The notes: generated by a model from the sequence alone, not told the origin. DNA of 60,732 nt from an uncultured Lachnospiraceae bacterium (GCA_964455975.1 CAYVYP010000002.1:1-60732), one strand, 5' to 3'; shown: positions 50,039 through 60,186, numbered from the stretch's first letter. A program made the numbers and translations.

Positions 50039-50494
50039 TTAATTTTCTTTATTTACTTCTTTTAATAATTCTAATTGTGATATTAAAAGTGATTCCATTT
50101 TTGCTTTATATATATCAAATTGTTCTTTTTGAATATTTTCTAGTTCTCTTTTCTTTAGGCTAATTTCTTGTTCTAATGTATCTACTGCTCTTCTTGCATT
50201 TATTTGTGCTTCTTGAACTATTTGGTCTGCTTGTTTCTTGGCTATATCTTTAACTTCTTCAGCTGTTGATTGAGCCATAACAAGTGTATTTTGCAATGTT
50301 CCTTCTATTGTTTTGTAATGTACAACGTCTTTTTCTAGATCTTCTACTTTGTTTTTAAACTCAGTATTTTCTTTATACATTTTTTCATATTCTGTTGTTA
50401 ATTGGTCTAAAAATTCATCTACTTCTTCTACATTATATCCATTCATAATTTGTTTTGAAAATTTCTTATTTTCAATTTCCAATGGTGTGATCAT
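50039..50494 (-). CDS. divIVA: DivIVA-domain protein
   Basis: MITPLEIENKKFSKQIMNGYNVEEVDEFLDQL is the canonical DivIVA N-terminus, followed by a coiled coil. Confidence 0.85.
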   Translation of the reverse strand: MITPLEIENKKFSKQIMNGYNVEEVDEFLDQLTTEYEKMYKENTEFKNKVEDLEKDVVHYKTIEGTLQNTLVMAQSTAEEVKDIAKKQADQIVQEAQINARRAVDTLEQEISLKKRELENIQKEQFDIYKAKMESLLISQLELLKEVNKEN

Positions 50495-50525
50495 AGTTTT
50501 TCCTCCTAAAATTTATGATTGATAT

Positions 50526-50999
50526 TTAGTTATTTACATTATTTCTAATCCATGATACTGAAAGCTTATTTTTTATTTCTTCTCTTGCCATTTCATTTGT
50601 TATATCATAATTACAAGGTGCTATTAAAAATATTGAATTTGAAATTTTTTGAATATGTCCATCTAATGCATGAACAGCACCAGATATAACGTCAACAATA
50701 CGTCTTGCAACATCTTTATTAACATATTCTAAATTTACAATTACAGATTTTTTTTCTTTTAATAAATCACATATGTTTTCTGATTGTTCAAAAGAAGTTG
50801 GTTGTGATATTACCATCTTTACTTGTTGAACTTGTGGCATATTTACAACTTTATTCTTTCTTCCAAATATCCCTCTATCTTCATTTTCTTCGTTTTCTTC
50901 ATTCTCAACTTCGTCTATTTCTTCTTCGTCATATCCGTCTTTTTCTGGTGCTTCCATTCCAAAAACTTCCCATATTTTGTTCATCACAGCTCCTGCCAT
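50526..50999 (-). CDS. sepF: cell division protein SepF
   Basis: Acidic linker followed by the SepF core (..VISQPTSFEQSENICDLLKEKKSVIVNLEY..DVARRIVDVISGAVHALDG..). Confidence 0.8.
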   Translation of the reverse strand: MAGAVMNKIWEVFGMEAPEKDGYDEEEIDEVENEENEENEDRGIFGRKNKVVNMPQVQQVKMVISQPTSFEQSENICDLLKEKKSVIVNLEYVNKDVARRIVDVISGAVHALDGHIQKISNSIFLIAPCNYDITNEMAREEIKNKLSVSWIRNNVNN

Positions 51000-51132
51000 T
51001 TAAAAACCCTCCTAATACTCCTCATTGGTATTTTTTATTTGTCTATAGTATCCATCTTTTTTATTACAAAGTCAATAGTTTTTTTCAACTGTAATATAAT
51101 TTTAAACTGCTTGTAATAAAATTGTAACAATA

Positions 51133-52396
51133 TTATTCATTTACTTTATCCAAAGATGGATTTATAAGAATTTCGTCATATAAAGTAATACTTTTCATTG
51201 TTCTTATTTCATCTTTAGTATATCCCATTTGTTTTAATTCATCAGAATCATAATTTTCTACAATTGCATATTTATCATTTTGATTTTTTACTTTTACTAA
51301 TATTTTAGCTAAATATCCGAGATTTATTTCTTACAACATATGCTTTATTATCTTGATATACTATTGCAGAATTTGGAACTTTTAATCCTGTATCTCCCCA
51401 CCAAATTATGTCTAAAGATATTTTTCTATAATTAATTAATTCTTGTATGTATTTTTCTATTTTAATTACAACAACTTTTCTTCCATCATCTTCTTGTGAT
51501 ATATACTCTATTTCAGCAGGAACTTCTTTTGAGTTAGATAATCTTACTTTTATGCTATTGCCTACTTTTGCATCTTTTGATTTTTCAGAGTTTAAAATTA
51601 CTGCTATATAGCATTTAAAATTATCTATTATTTTTCCTTCTTCTTCACTTGTAGATATAATTTGACCTGTTTTTACATTTAATTCTTCTAGCTTTTTAGC
51701 TGTTAATGTAGAAAAGGTTTCTGGTGTTAATACTCCTTCTAGTCCATCTACCCTATATGATACAAGTCCACTGTTTGGTGCTGTTACATATTCAGCTCCA
51801 TTATTTAATTCTTCTTCATATTTTGCTCTTTCTTCATATAGCTTTTTTATATTAGACCCTGCTGGGCTTAAATCTCCCGAAATTTTTGCTTTTTTTGTTA
51901 TATATGTATTTATGTCTTTTTTATATTCTTGTATTTTTTGTATATCATTTATAGTATATAAATTGCTTAATTTTTCATCAATTTGATTTTCTAAAACTTT
52001 TATATCTCCTGTAGGATTAATATTTTCACTAGATAAGGCTTCTTGTATTTTTAAAGAAACTTCTTGTATTTTTTTAATTAAATTTTCCTCTCCAGTAGTA
52101 TAATATCTAAAAACAGATTCATCTTTAGCTGCTCTTTCTCCTTCATTTACTATCTTTTCCATTCCATTTTTATAATTTTTTCCTTTAATTACTATTTCAT
52201 CTCTTATTATATATCCAGCCACCTGTTCTTCAGAATACAGCTTTCCATTTTCTATCATAACTGTGTCTGTTGGATTTTTAATTAAATTTGAAACTACAAT
52301 TACAACATAAATAGCTATAATTGCAATAATAACTGCAATTATAGTTTTTTTACTTATTTTGATTGAATTTTTTATACTCTTATTAGTATTTTTCAC
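51133..52396 (-). CDS. HlyD-like membrane-fusion/adaptor family protein (needs +1 at CGGA, extra base at 51319)
   Basis: N-terminal TM helix, coiled-coil hairpin and beta-barrel-like C-part. The raw ORF ends ..VRNKSRIFS. Skipping the C continues NKSGYLAKILVKVKNQNDKYAIVENYDSDELKQMGYTKDEIRTMKSITLYDEILINPSLDKVNE with a stop at 51133..51135. Length is 3n+1. Confidence 0.6.
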
Positions 52397-53307
52397 TACA
52401 TTTCCTCCAAAATAGTGTTTACATTATTTTGTACTGTATCTAATCCATTAATCCATTTTATATTTTCAATTTTTTTAAACCAAGTAATCTGCCTTTTTGC
52501 ATATCTTCTTGTTTCCATTTTTATTTTTTCTATCATTTCTTCTTTTGTACAATTTTTATTTAAATATTCTACAACTTCTTTATAGCCTAATCCTTGCATA
52601 GCTGTTGGAAATTTGCTATATTTTTTAGTTAATTCTTCTACTTCTTGTATTAAACCATCTTCTATCATAATGTCTACTCTTTTATTAATTCTTTCATAAA
52701 GTTTTTCTCTATCCATATTAATTCCAAAAACTTTATAATCATATTCAGGCTTATTTTTTCTTGATTCTTTTTCTTGCTCTGTTTTAGTTTTTCCTGTGTC
52801 ATGATATATTTCCAGAACTCTCATTATACGCTTTTTGTCATTTTCACTTATTGTTTTCATTGCCTCAAAATCAATTTTACAAGCTTCTTTATAAAGTTCT
52901 TCTAAACCTTTTTCTTGAATTATTTTTTCTAATTCATTTCTATATTTTTCATCTATTTTTATATCTGTATATTCAATCTCATATACAAGAGAATTTATAT
53001 ATAGGCCTGTTCCTCCTACTATTATAGGAACTTTATTCTCATTTATTATTTCTTTTATTTTAGCTTTTGCATCTTTTTTAAAATCTGCCACACTATATCT
53101 TTCATCTGGTGAAACAAAATCTATTAAATGATGTTTTATTTCTTTTGTTTCTTCATCAGTAGGTTTTGCTGTTCCTATATTCATATCTTTATATATTTGC
53201 ATAGAATCAGATGATATTATTTCTCCATTTATTTTTTTAGCAAGTTCTATTCCTAATCCCGTCTTGCCTGAAGCTGTTGGTCCACATATAACTATTACTT
53301 TTTGCAT
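52396..53307 (-). CDS. miaA: tRNA dimethylallyltransferase MiaA
   Basis: GPTASGKT P-loop and MiaA core motifs. It has the conserved mutL-miaA synteny. Confidence 0.9.
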   Translation of the reverse strand: MQKVIVICGPTASGKTGLGIELAKKINGEIISSDSMQIYKDMNIGTAKPTDEETKEIKHHLIDFVSPDERYSVADFKKDAKAKIKEIINENKVPIIVGGTGLYINSLVYEIEYTDIKIDEKYRNELEKIIQEKGLEELYKEACKIDFEAMKTISENDKKRIMRVLEIYHDTGKTKTEQEKESRKNKPEYDYKVFGINMDREKLYERINKRVDIMIEDGLIQEVEELTKKYSKFPTAMQGLGYKEVVEYLNKNCTKEEMIEKIKMETRRYAKRQITWFKKIENIKWINGLDTVQNNVNTILEEM

Positions 53308-53313
53308 ATCTTG

Positions 53314-55500
53314 TTATCTCCTTGAAAATTTCTTTTCTATGTCGTATTTTGTCATTTTTATAGCTGTTGGTCTTCCATGAGGACAAGTAAATGGATTTGG
53401 AAGTTTTAATAATTTTTCCATTAAAGTATCCACTTCTTCTTTTGTTAATGCCATATTTGCTTTAACAGCTGCTTTACATGCTACTGTAGCTATAAATTTT
53501 TCTTCTATTTCTTGTTTTGCTGTTCTTGCTACAGTATTTATTTCATCTAATGTTTCTAAAAATAATTCTCTAGTTTCTAAATCTAAACATATATTAGGAA
53601 CTCCTGTTAATTTTATTGTATTTTCTCCAAATTCCTCTAACATAAATCCAGCTTTTTCAAACATCTCCATGTTTTCTTTTGCAATTAACATTTCTTTATG
53701 AGTTAGAGTTATTATATCTGGAAGAAGCATTAATTGAGAGTCTTTTTCTCCATCATTATAATAATTTGCTTTTACTTTTTCATACATAATTCTTTCATGT
53801 GCTGCATGCTGATCTATTATATACATTTCATTATCTATTTCAATTATTATATATGTAGAAAATACAATTCCTATAAATTTATATTTTGGCTTATTATATA
53901 CTTCTTGTTCTTCAAACATAGATATTCTATCTTCTTTTTTTATATCTGCATACTTTATAATTGTATCATCTATTTTTTCTGTATTTTCTTGTTCTTCTTT
54001 TTCTGCTAATTCTTCTTTTCCAAATGTTTTTGCATACATCTGATTAAAATTTTCTGGAATTAAATTTTGTTCTTGTTTTGTCATCTTCTTTAATAATTCT
54101 TGCATATTTATTGGTTGTTTTTGAACAATATTTTCTTCTTCAATACTTTTATTTTCTTCTACATAATTTTTACTCTCTTCTTGTGTTGTACTTTCTATTT
54201 TATTTTCTAATGTAGCATCTACATTATCTTTTATTTGTGAAATTTGTTTAAAAACATCTTGTGCTACATTTTCTTGTACCTTTATTACATCTGGATTTAC
54301 TACATTAATTTGCCTTGTATTAAATATATCTTCTAATGTATTTGTTTTATCATTATTTACTTGTTCTACTTCTTCTTTTCTAAATTTTGAAAATAATCCT
54401 TTAAACCCTTGTTTTTCTTTAGACTCGTCATTTATATTTATCTTTGAATAGTTTATTTCATTTTCTAGTGGTTGTTCTTCTTCTTTTTGTTTTTCTGTAT
54501 TTGTAACTAAATCTCCTTTTAATAATGTATCTTTTATTGCATGATATACAGCTTTAAATACTTTTTGTTCTTCTTCAAATCTTACTTCTAATTTTGCTGG
54601 ATGAACATTAACATCAACTTTTGCTGGATTCATACTTAAATTTAATATTAAAAATCCATATTTTCCTATTGTTAACATTCCTTTAAAAGCTTGTTCTGCT
54701 CCACTTGTTAATGTTTTATCTTTAACAAATCTATTATTTACAAAAAATAGTTGGTTTGCTCTATTTGAACGTGCAATTTCAGGTTTTCCTATAACTCCTG
54801 TTATTTTTATATCTTCATATTCATAATCAACATCTAATACACTTTGAGATATATCTTTTCCATAAATATTATATATTACATCTTTTATTTGTCCATTTCC
54901 ATTGCTAGAAATTACTGTTTTTCCTGTATTTACTAATTTTATTGAAACATTTGTATTTACTAAAGCAATTCTTGTTACAACATCTTCTATATATCCTGAT
55001 TCTGTAAAGTCTTTTTTTAGAAATTTATATCTTACAGGAGTATTAAAAAATAAATTTGTAACTGTTATTGTAGTCCCTAAAGGGCATCCAATTTCTTCTT
55101 TTTCTAATATTTTTCCCGCTTCTACTACTATTTTATGTCCTATTTCATCTTCTTTAGTTCTTGAAACCATTTCCACGCGTGCAATTGCAGCAACACTAGC
55201 TAAAGCCTCACCTCTAAACCCCATTGAAGTTACTGTTTCTAAATCATCAGCTTTTCTTATTTTACTTGTTGCATGTCTTTCAAAAGCCATTTCCATATCA
55301 TCTTCTGATATTCCTTTTCCATTATCTGTTATACGTATATATGATATTCCTCCATTTTTAATTTCTACAGATAAATTTGTTGCTCCTGCATCTATAGAAT
55401 TCTCCATCATTTCTTTTATTACTGAAGCTGGCCTCTCTATAACTTCTCCAGCCGCTATTTTATTTATTGTTAAATCATCTAATAATACTATATTTCCCAT
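53314..55500 (-). CDS. mutL: DNA mismatch repair protein MutL
   Basis: GHKL ATPase N-terminus (IAAGEVIERPASVIKEMMENSIDAG), a long low-complexity linker and a C-terminal dimerisation/endonuclease domain (DQHAAHERI, CPHGRP). Confidence 0.95.
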   Translation of the reverse strand: MGNIVLLDDLTINKIAAGEVIERPASVIKEMMENSIDAGATNLSVEIKNGGISYIRITDNGKGISEDDMEMAFERHATSKIRKADDLETVTSMGFRGEALASVAAIARVEMVSRTKEDEIGHKIVVEAGKILEKEEIGCPLGTTITVTNLFFNTPVRYKFLKKDFTESGYIEDVVTRIALVNTNVSIKLVNTGKTVISSNGNGQIKDVIYNIYGKDISQSVLDVDYEYEDIKITGVIGKPEIARSNRANQLFFVNNRFVKDKTLTSGAEQAFKGMLTIGKYGFLILNLSMNPAKVDVNVHPAKLEVRFEEEQKVFKAVYHAIKDTLLKGDLVTNTEKQKEEEQPLENEINYSKININDESKEKQGFKGLFSKFRKEEVEQVNNDKTNTLEDIFNTRQINVVNPDVIKVQENVAQDVFKQISQIKDNVDATLENKIESTTQEESKNYVEENKSIEEENIVQKQPINMQELLKKMTKQEQNLIPENFNQMYAKTFGKEELAEKEEQENTEKIDDTIIKYADIKKEDRISMFEEQEVYNKPKYKFIGIVFSTYIIIEIDNEMYIIDQHAAHERIMYEKVKANYYNDGEKDSQLMLLPDIITLTHKEMLIAKENMEMFEKAGFMLEEFGENTIKLTGVPNICLDLETRELFLETLDEINTVARTAKQEIEEKFIATVACKAAVKANMALTKEEVDTLMEKLLKLPNPFTCPHGRPTAIKMTKYDIEKKFSRR

Positions 55501-55670
55501 ATTGTACCCCCATATTTACTTTTGTGCTATTTTATATGTGGATTATATCACTAAAGCTTGTTTTTTGTATAGGTCTTTTTTAAAATTGTAACACATTTTT
55601 ACTTTTTAGAATAATATATACCATACTAAAGAGCAAAATCAAAGTTCTTTTATAGGAGGAGGTTATCAAA

Positions 55671-55787
55671 ATGGGAGGAAATTGTTTGTGTAACAATAGT
55701 GAACTTCTTTGGTTCATCATTCTATTTCTTCTACTTTTCTGCTGTGGTGGATGTAGCAGAGGCTGTTGTAATACTTGCTGCAACTAG
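55671..55787 (+). CDS. 38-aa Cys-rich single-TM micro-protein
   Basis: Not in the ORF track. ATG follows AGGAGGAGG, and the product is MGGNCLCNNSELLWFIILFLLLFCCGGCSRGCCNTCCN (9 Cys). The layout resembles YjcZ-type tiny sporulation TM proteins. Confidence 0.55.
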   Translation: MGGNCLCNNSELLWFIILFLLLFCCGGCSRGCCNTCCN

Positions 55788-55838
55788 TATTTAATACCTA
55801 TAACAGAGAAAAGTACTTACTTGAAAGGGGGGAATTTT

Positions 55839-55976
55839 ATGCCAGAAAATAGAGGTTGCGGATGTGGTTTATTCGGAGGTGGATGTGACTGCATTTGGAT
55901 AATAATCGTTTTAGTAATAATTTGTTGCTGCTGCGGCGGTGGATTTGGAAACAACAACTGCGGAGGATGCTGCTAA
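55839..55976 (+). CDS. 45-aa Cys/Gly-rich single-TM micro-protein (paralogue of the preceding one)
   Basis: ATG follows AAAGGGGGG, and the product is MPENRGCGCGLFGGGCDCIWIIIVLVIICCCCGGGFGNNNCGGCC (11 Cys). A hairpin terminator (aaacgacttt / aaagtcgttt) follows. Confidence 0.55.
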   Translation: MPENRGCGCGLFGGGCDCIWIIIVLVIICCCCGGGFGNNNCGGCC

Positions 55977-56213
55977 TTAAAACATAATAATGTAAAAACG
56001 ACTTTCTATAATGAAAGTCGTTTATTTTTAATTATTTCATCATTAAATAAATAGCTTTACTTTATATTTATATACATTTTGTACATAATATAAATAGTTT
56101 TAAAATAAAGCAATAATAATTAATAATAATTTTGGTTTTTATTAACAATTTGTATTGAAATTGTGTATATATTGTGATACAATGGATATAATATTAATAC
56201 GGAGGTGATTATA

Positions 56214-56483
56214 ATGGCTAAAACGGATACTTTGCATATTAGAGTAAAACCTGATGTAAAAGCAAGAGCAGAAGAAACCTTAAATTATTTAGGATTATCT
56301 ATTACAGAAGCGGTTAATGTATTTCTAAATCAAGTCATTTTAAACGATGGAATTCCTTTTAAAATAGAAAAACCTAGATATAATAAAGAAACTTTACAGG
56401 CGATAGAAGATGTAAAAAACGGCAAAAATCTAAGTAAAGCTTTTGATACTGTAGAAGAAATGTTTAAGGAGTTGGATAAATAG
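56214..56483 (+). CDS. dinJ: DinJ/RelB-family antitoxin
   Basis: MAKTDTLHIRVKPDVKARAEETLNYLGLSITEAVNVFLNQV is a ribbon-helix-helix DinJ-type N-terminus. The RBS is GGAGG. Confidence 0.85.
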   Translation: MAKTDTLHIRVKPDVKARAEETLNYLGLSITEAVNVFLNQVILNDGIPFKIEKPRYNKETLQAIEDVKNGKNLSKAFDTVEEMFKELDK

Positions 56484-56756
56484 TGCTAAAAGTAAAATAT
56501 TCTAATCAATTCAAAAAAGATTATAAATTAATACAAAAAAGAAAATATAATATTGAACTACTAAAACAAGTAGTAACTTTACTTGTAGAAGAACAACCAC
56601 TTCCTGAAAAGTATAAAGAACATTCTCTTACTGGTGATTATAAACGGATTTAAAGAATGTCATATTCAACCTAACTGGCTTTTAATTTATAGAGTTGAAA
56701 ATAATGAAATAACTTTAACAGTTTCAAGAACAGGAACTCATTCAGATTTATTTTAA
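56483..56756 (+). CDS. yafQ: YafQ/RelE-family mRNA interferase toxin (needs +1 at CGGA, extra C at 56645)
   Basis: The GTG start overlaps the dinJ stop (TAGTG). The raw frame stops after ..LTGDYKRI. Skipping C56645 gives LTGDYKGFKECHIQPNWLLIYRVENNEITLTVSRTGTHSDLF, the YafQ catalytic core. Length is 3n+1. Confidence 0.8.
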
Positions 56757-56828
56757 AAAGATACACTTATGAAGTGTACCTTTATAAAAAATAAGCTACT
56801 CTCATTTTCTGAAAGTCGCTTATTTTTT

Positions 56829-56904
56829 TGGTTGGGCTGGGTAGATTCGAACTACCGGAATGCCAGAGTCAAAGTCTGGTGCCTTACCGCTTGGCTACAG
56901 CCCA
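56829..56904 (-). tRNA. tRNA-Gln(UUG)
   Basis: The reverse complement TGGGCTG-TA-GCCA..GGCA-CCAGA-CTTTGAC-TCTGG-..-GGTAG-TTCGAAT-CTACC-CAGCCCA-A-CCA has the U1-A72 pair typical of bacterial tRNA-Gln. Confidence 0.85.
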
Positions 56905-56917
56905 ATATTAAATTAAA

Positions 56918-56995
56918 TGGGGTGGAAGATGGGACTCGAACCCACGGTCTTCAGTGCCACAAACTGACGCGTTAACCAACTACGCTACATCCACC
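56918..56995 (-). tRNA. tRNA-His(GUG) with G-1
   Basis: The reverse complement is G-GTGGATG-TA-GCGT-AGTTGGTTA-ACGC-G-TCAGT-TTGTGGC-ACTGA-AGACC-GTGGG-TTCGAGT-CCCAT-CTTCCAC-C-CCA. The extra 5' G pairs with C73. The acceptor stem has a U6.U67 mismatch. Confidence 0.85.
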
Positions 56996-57170
56996 ATGTT
57001 TTCTTTGTCTTGCGCAAGTAATATTTTACATTATTTTGCACTATCTGTCAACACTTTAAACATAAATTTATTTTCAATTTTATTTTTTATATATTTATAT
57101 ACTTTTTTAACAATTTATTAGGCGAGCATTGCTCGCCCATATACTTTTATTTTACTCATTATTTTTTATA

Positions 57171-57857
57171 TTAATCTGCTTTTGCCCAAATTATTAATCT
57201 TTTTTTACTATCATCTGTACATGTAGATAAAGATATTTCTCTTCTTCCTTCTGTATCTCTTGTTATAAATTCTGCATCTTCTGGAGTTGTAATATATTTT
57301 TTATATATTGTATATGTTACTTTATTTCCTGTTGCATCTGTAATATATATTTTATCTCCTTCTACTAATTTACTATTATTTGAAAAGAATAATCCATTTC
57401 TATAATTATGCCCAATAATTACTGTATTACCTACTTTATTAAGTCCTGGTCCAGCTTGAATTGCAACTGCTAGTTCTATAGCTTTTGATGTTGCCTTTTC
57501 TAATACTGAATATTTTAAATTAGTTTTAGGAATTTCTATTTTTCCCATTATATTATATCCACCAAGTTGAGCATATTTCTTTCCTGATGAAGAAGTTCCA
57601 GTACTATTTGTATTATCATATGGGTTTGTTATTTCACCTGCTATGTTTTCAACAATTTCGTTTGTTACTTCATTAGTATTATCAGAAACTTCATTTTTTA
57701 TTTGCTCTTCAAATTGATTTAATCCATCTTCATTTTCTTTTTCTATGTAATATTTTCTATAGAAATCATATCCTAAATATCCTAGTAATATAATAATAGC
57801 TATTATTAATATGATTAATACTATTGTTAATGCTTTACTATACTTTTTTTCAAACAT
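57171..57857 (-). CDS. sortase-family transpeptidase
   Basis: N-terminal TM anchor, catalytic His region (IIGHNYRNG), the TLxTC-type motif ISLSTCTDD and the terminal Arg region. Confidence 0.75.
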   Translation of the reverse strand: MFEKKYSKALTIVLIILIIAIIILLGYLGYDFYRKYYIEKENEDGLNQFEEQIKNEVSDNTNEVTNEIVENIAGEITNPYDNTNSTGTSSSGKKYAQLGGYNIMGKIEIPKTNLKYSVLEKATSKAIELAVAIQAGPGLNKVGNTVIIGHNYRNGLFFSNNSKLVEGDKIYITDATGNKVTYTIYKKYITTPEDAEFITRDTEGRREISLSTCTDDSKKRLIIWAKAD

Positions 57858-57952
57858 ATTTTTTCCTCCTATGTTAAAAACTATATCTATTATAGCACAT
57901 TTTATGTCAATTTACTAGTTTTTCAACATTTTTCTTTTGTTTTTTTGTATTT

Positions 57953-58306
<354 letters not shown>

Positions 58307-58428
58307 CTATAAATTTATTATTTTTCGTCTGATCTCGTTAAACGTCTATTTTCCGTCCAATCTCCTTGCGTTGGACTATTTCATTTAATTATTATACTAT
58401 TAGCCTATTTTAAAGTTTTTTAATTAAA

Positions 58429-60186
58429 TTATTTTATAAGAACTGCTTTAATTCTTCTAACTCCTGCTGAGCTTGCTTCTTCTTTTTTTATTTTAAATGT
58501 TCCTAATTCACTTGTATTTTTTACATGTGGTCCTCCGCATAATTCTTTTGAAACTTCTCCTATTGTATATACTGTTACTATGTCTGGATATTTTTCTATA
58601 AACATACATTCTGCTCCGCTTTTTACTGCTTCTTCCTTTTTCATTTCTTGTATTGTTACAGGAATTGCTTGCTTTATCCAATTATTAACTAATTCTTCTA
58701 CTTTTTGTTTTTCTTCATCAGTTAATTTATGGTCACAACTAAAGTCAAAACGCATTCTTTCAGATGTTATGTTTGATCCTTGTTGATGAACATTTTGGTT
58801 TACTACTATTTTTAATGCTGCATTTAAAAGATGTGTTGCTGTGTGATAAGCTGTTGTAATTTCATTTTGTTCTCCTAATCCACCTTTAAATTTTTGTTCA
58901 CTTCCTAGTCTTGATTTTTCCTGATGTTCTTTAAATAATGTATCAAATTCTTTACTGTCTACTGTGAATCCTTGTTCTTTAGCCAAATCTACTGTTATTT
59001 CTGGTGGGAATCCGTATGTTTCATATAATTTAAACATAGTTTGTCCATCTACTATATTCTTATTTTCATTTTTTAATCTAATAATTGCTTTTTCGAATTC
59101 TCTTTCTCCAGTTACTAAAGTCTTCATAAATTTGTTTTTTTCTTCAACTATTACATTAATTATTTTTTCTTTATTTTCTTCTAATTCTGGATACATATCT
59201 TTTAATATTTCTATGTCTAAATTAATTAAACTTGTAAGCTGCTCTAAATCTATTTGTAATTTATTTAGATGTCTTGTCATTCTACGAATTAATCTTCTTA
59301 AAACATATCCTCTATCTGTATTACTTGGAACTCCTCCGTCTGAAATTATCATCATACTAGAACGTAAATGTTCTGCAACAATTCTTCTACTTTGAATATT
59401 ATCCTGTTTTGCTAAAGTGCTCAATTTTTCCATTATTGGTGCAAATATTTCTATTTCATATGGTGTTTGCTTACCTTGTAATAACATAGTCATTCTTTCT
59501 AATCCAAGCCCTGTATCTACATTTTGTTGTGCTAATTTTGTATATATTCCATCTTTATGTTTATAAAATTCCATAAATACATTATTCCATATTTCAACAT
59601 ATTTACCGCAATCACATGATGGGTCACAATGTGGTCCACATGGCTCTTTTCCAGTATCTAAAAACATTTCAGTATCTGGTCCACAAGGTCCTTCTTCTCC
59701 TGCTATCCACCAATTGTTATCTTTTCCATAAAAGTATATATTACTTTTTAAAATTCCTGCTTTTTTCCATGCTTCAAAAGCAACATTATCCCTTGCACAG
59801 TCTTCATCTCCTGCAAAACATGTTACTGATAATTTTTCTACTGGTATTTGTAGTTCTTTTGTTAAAAACTCAAAGCTCATTGCTATTGCTTCTTCTTTAA
59901 AATAATCTCCCAAAGACCAATTTCCAAGCATTTCAAAAAATGTTAAATGTCTATTATCCCCAACTTCATCTATATCGTTTGTTCTTACACACTTTTGATA
60001 ATCTGTTAAGCGTGTTCCTTCTGGATGTTTTTCTCCTAATAAATATGGCACTAATGGTTGCATTCCAGCTGTTGTAAATAAAACAGATGGGTCATTTTCT
60101 GGTATAACTGGTGCTGAAGGAATAACCTTATGTCCATGTTCTTTAAAAAAGTTTAAATATTTATTTCTTATTTCTATTGCTTTCAT
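58429..60186 (-). CDS. alaS: compact alanine--tRNA ligase lacking the C-Ala domain
   Basis: AlaRS catalytic N-terminus (MKAIEIRNKYLNFFKEHGHKVIPSAPVIP..DPSVLFTTAGMQ), a tRNA-recognition part, and editing-site zinc motifs HTATHLLN and CGGPHV. The protein ends at 585 aa, just after the editing core. Confidence 0.75.
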   Translation of the reverse strand: MKAIEIRNKYLNFFKEHGHKVIPSAPVIPENDPSVLFTTAGMQPLVPYLLGEKHPEGTRLTDYQKCVRTNDIDEVGDNRHLTFFEMLGNWSLGDYFKEEAIAMSFEFLTKELQIPVEKLSVTCFAGDEDCARDNVAFEAWKKAGILKSNIYFYGKDNNWWIAGEEGPCGPDTEMFLDTGKEPCGPHCDPSCDCGKYVEIWNNVFMEFYKHKDGIYTKLAQQNVDTGLGLERMTMLLQGKQTPYEIEIFAPIMEKLSTLAKQDNIQSRRIVAEHLRSSMMIISDGGVPSNTDRGYVLRRLIRRMTRHLNKLQIDLEQLTSLINLDIEILKDMYPELEENKEKIINVIVEEKNKFMKTLVTGEREFEKAIIRLKNENKNIVDGQTMFKLYETYGFPPEITVDLAKEQGFTVDSKEFDTLFKEHQEKSRLGSEQKFKGGLGEQNEITTAYHTATHLLNAALKIVVNQNVHQQGSNITSERMRFDFSCDHKLTDEEKQKVEELVNNWIKQAIPVTIQEMKKEEAVKSGAECMFIEKYPDIVTVYTIGEVSKELCGGPHVKNTSELGTFKIKKEEASSAGVRRIKAVLIK

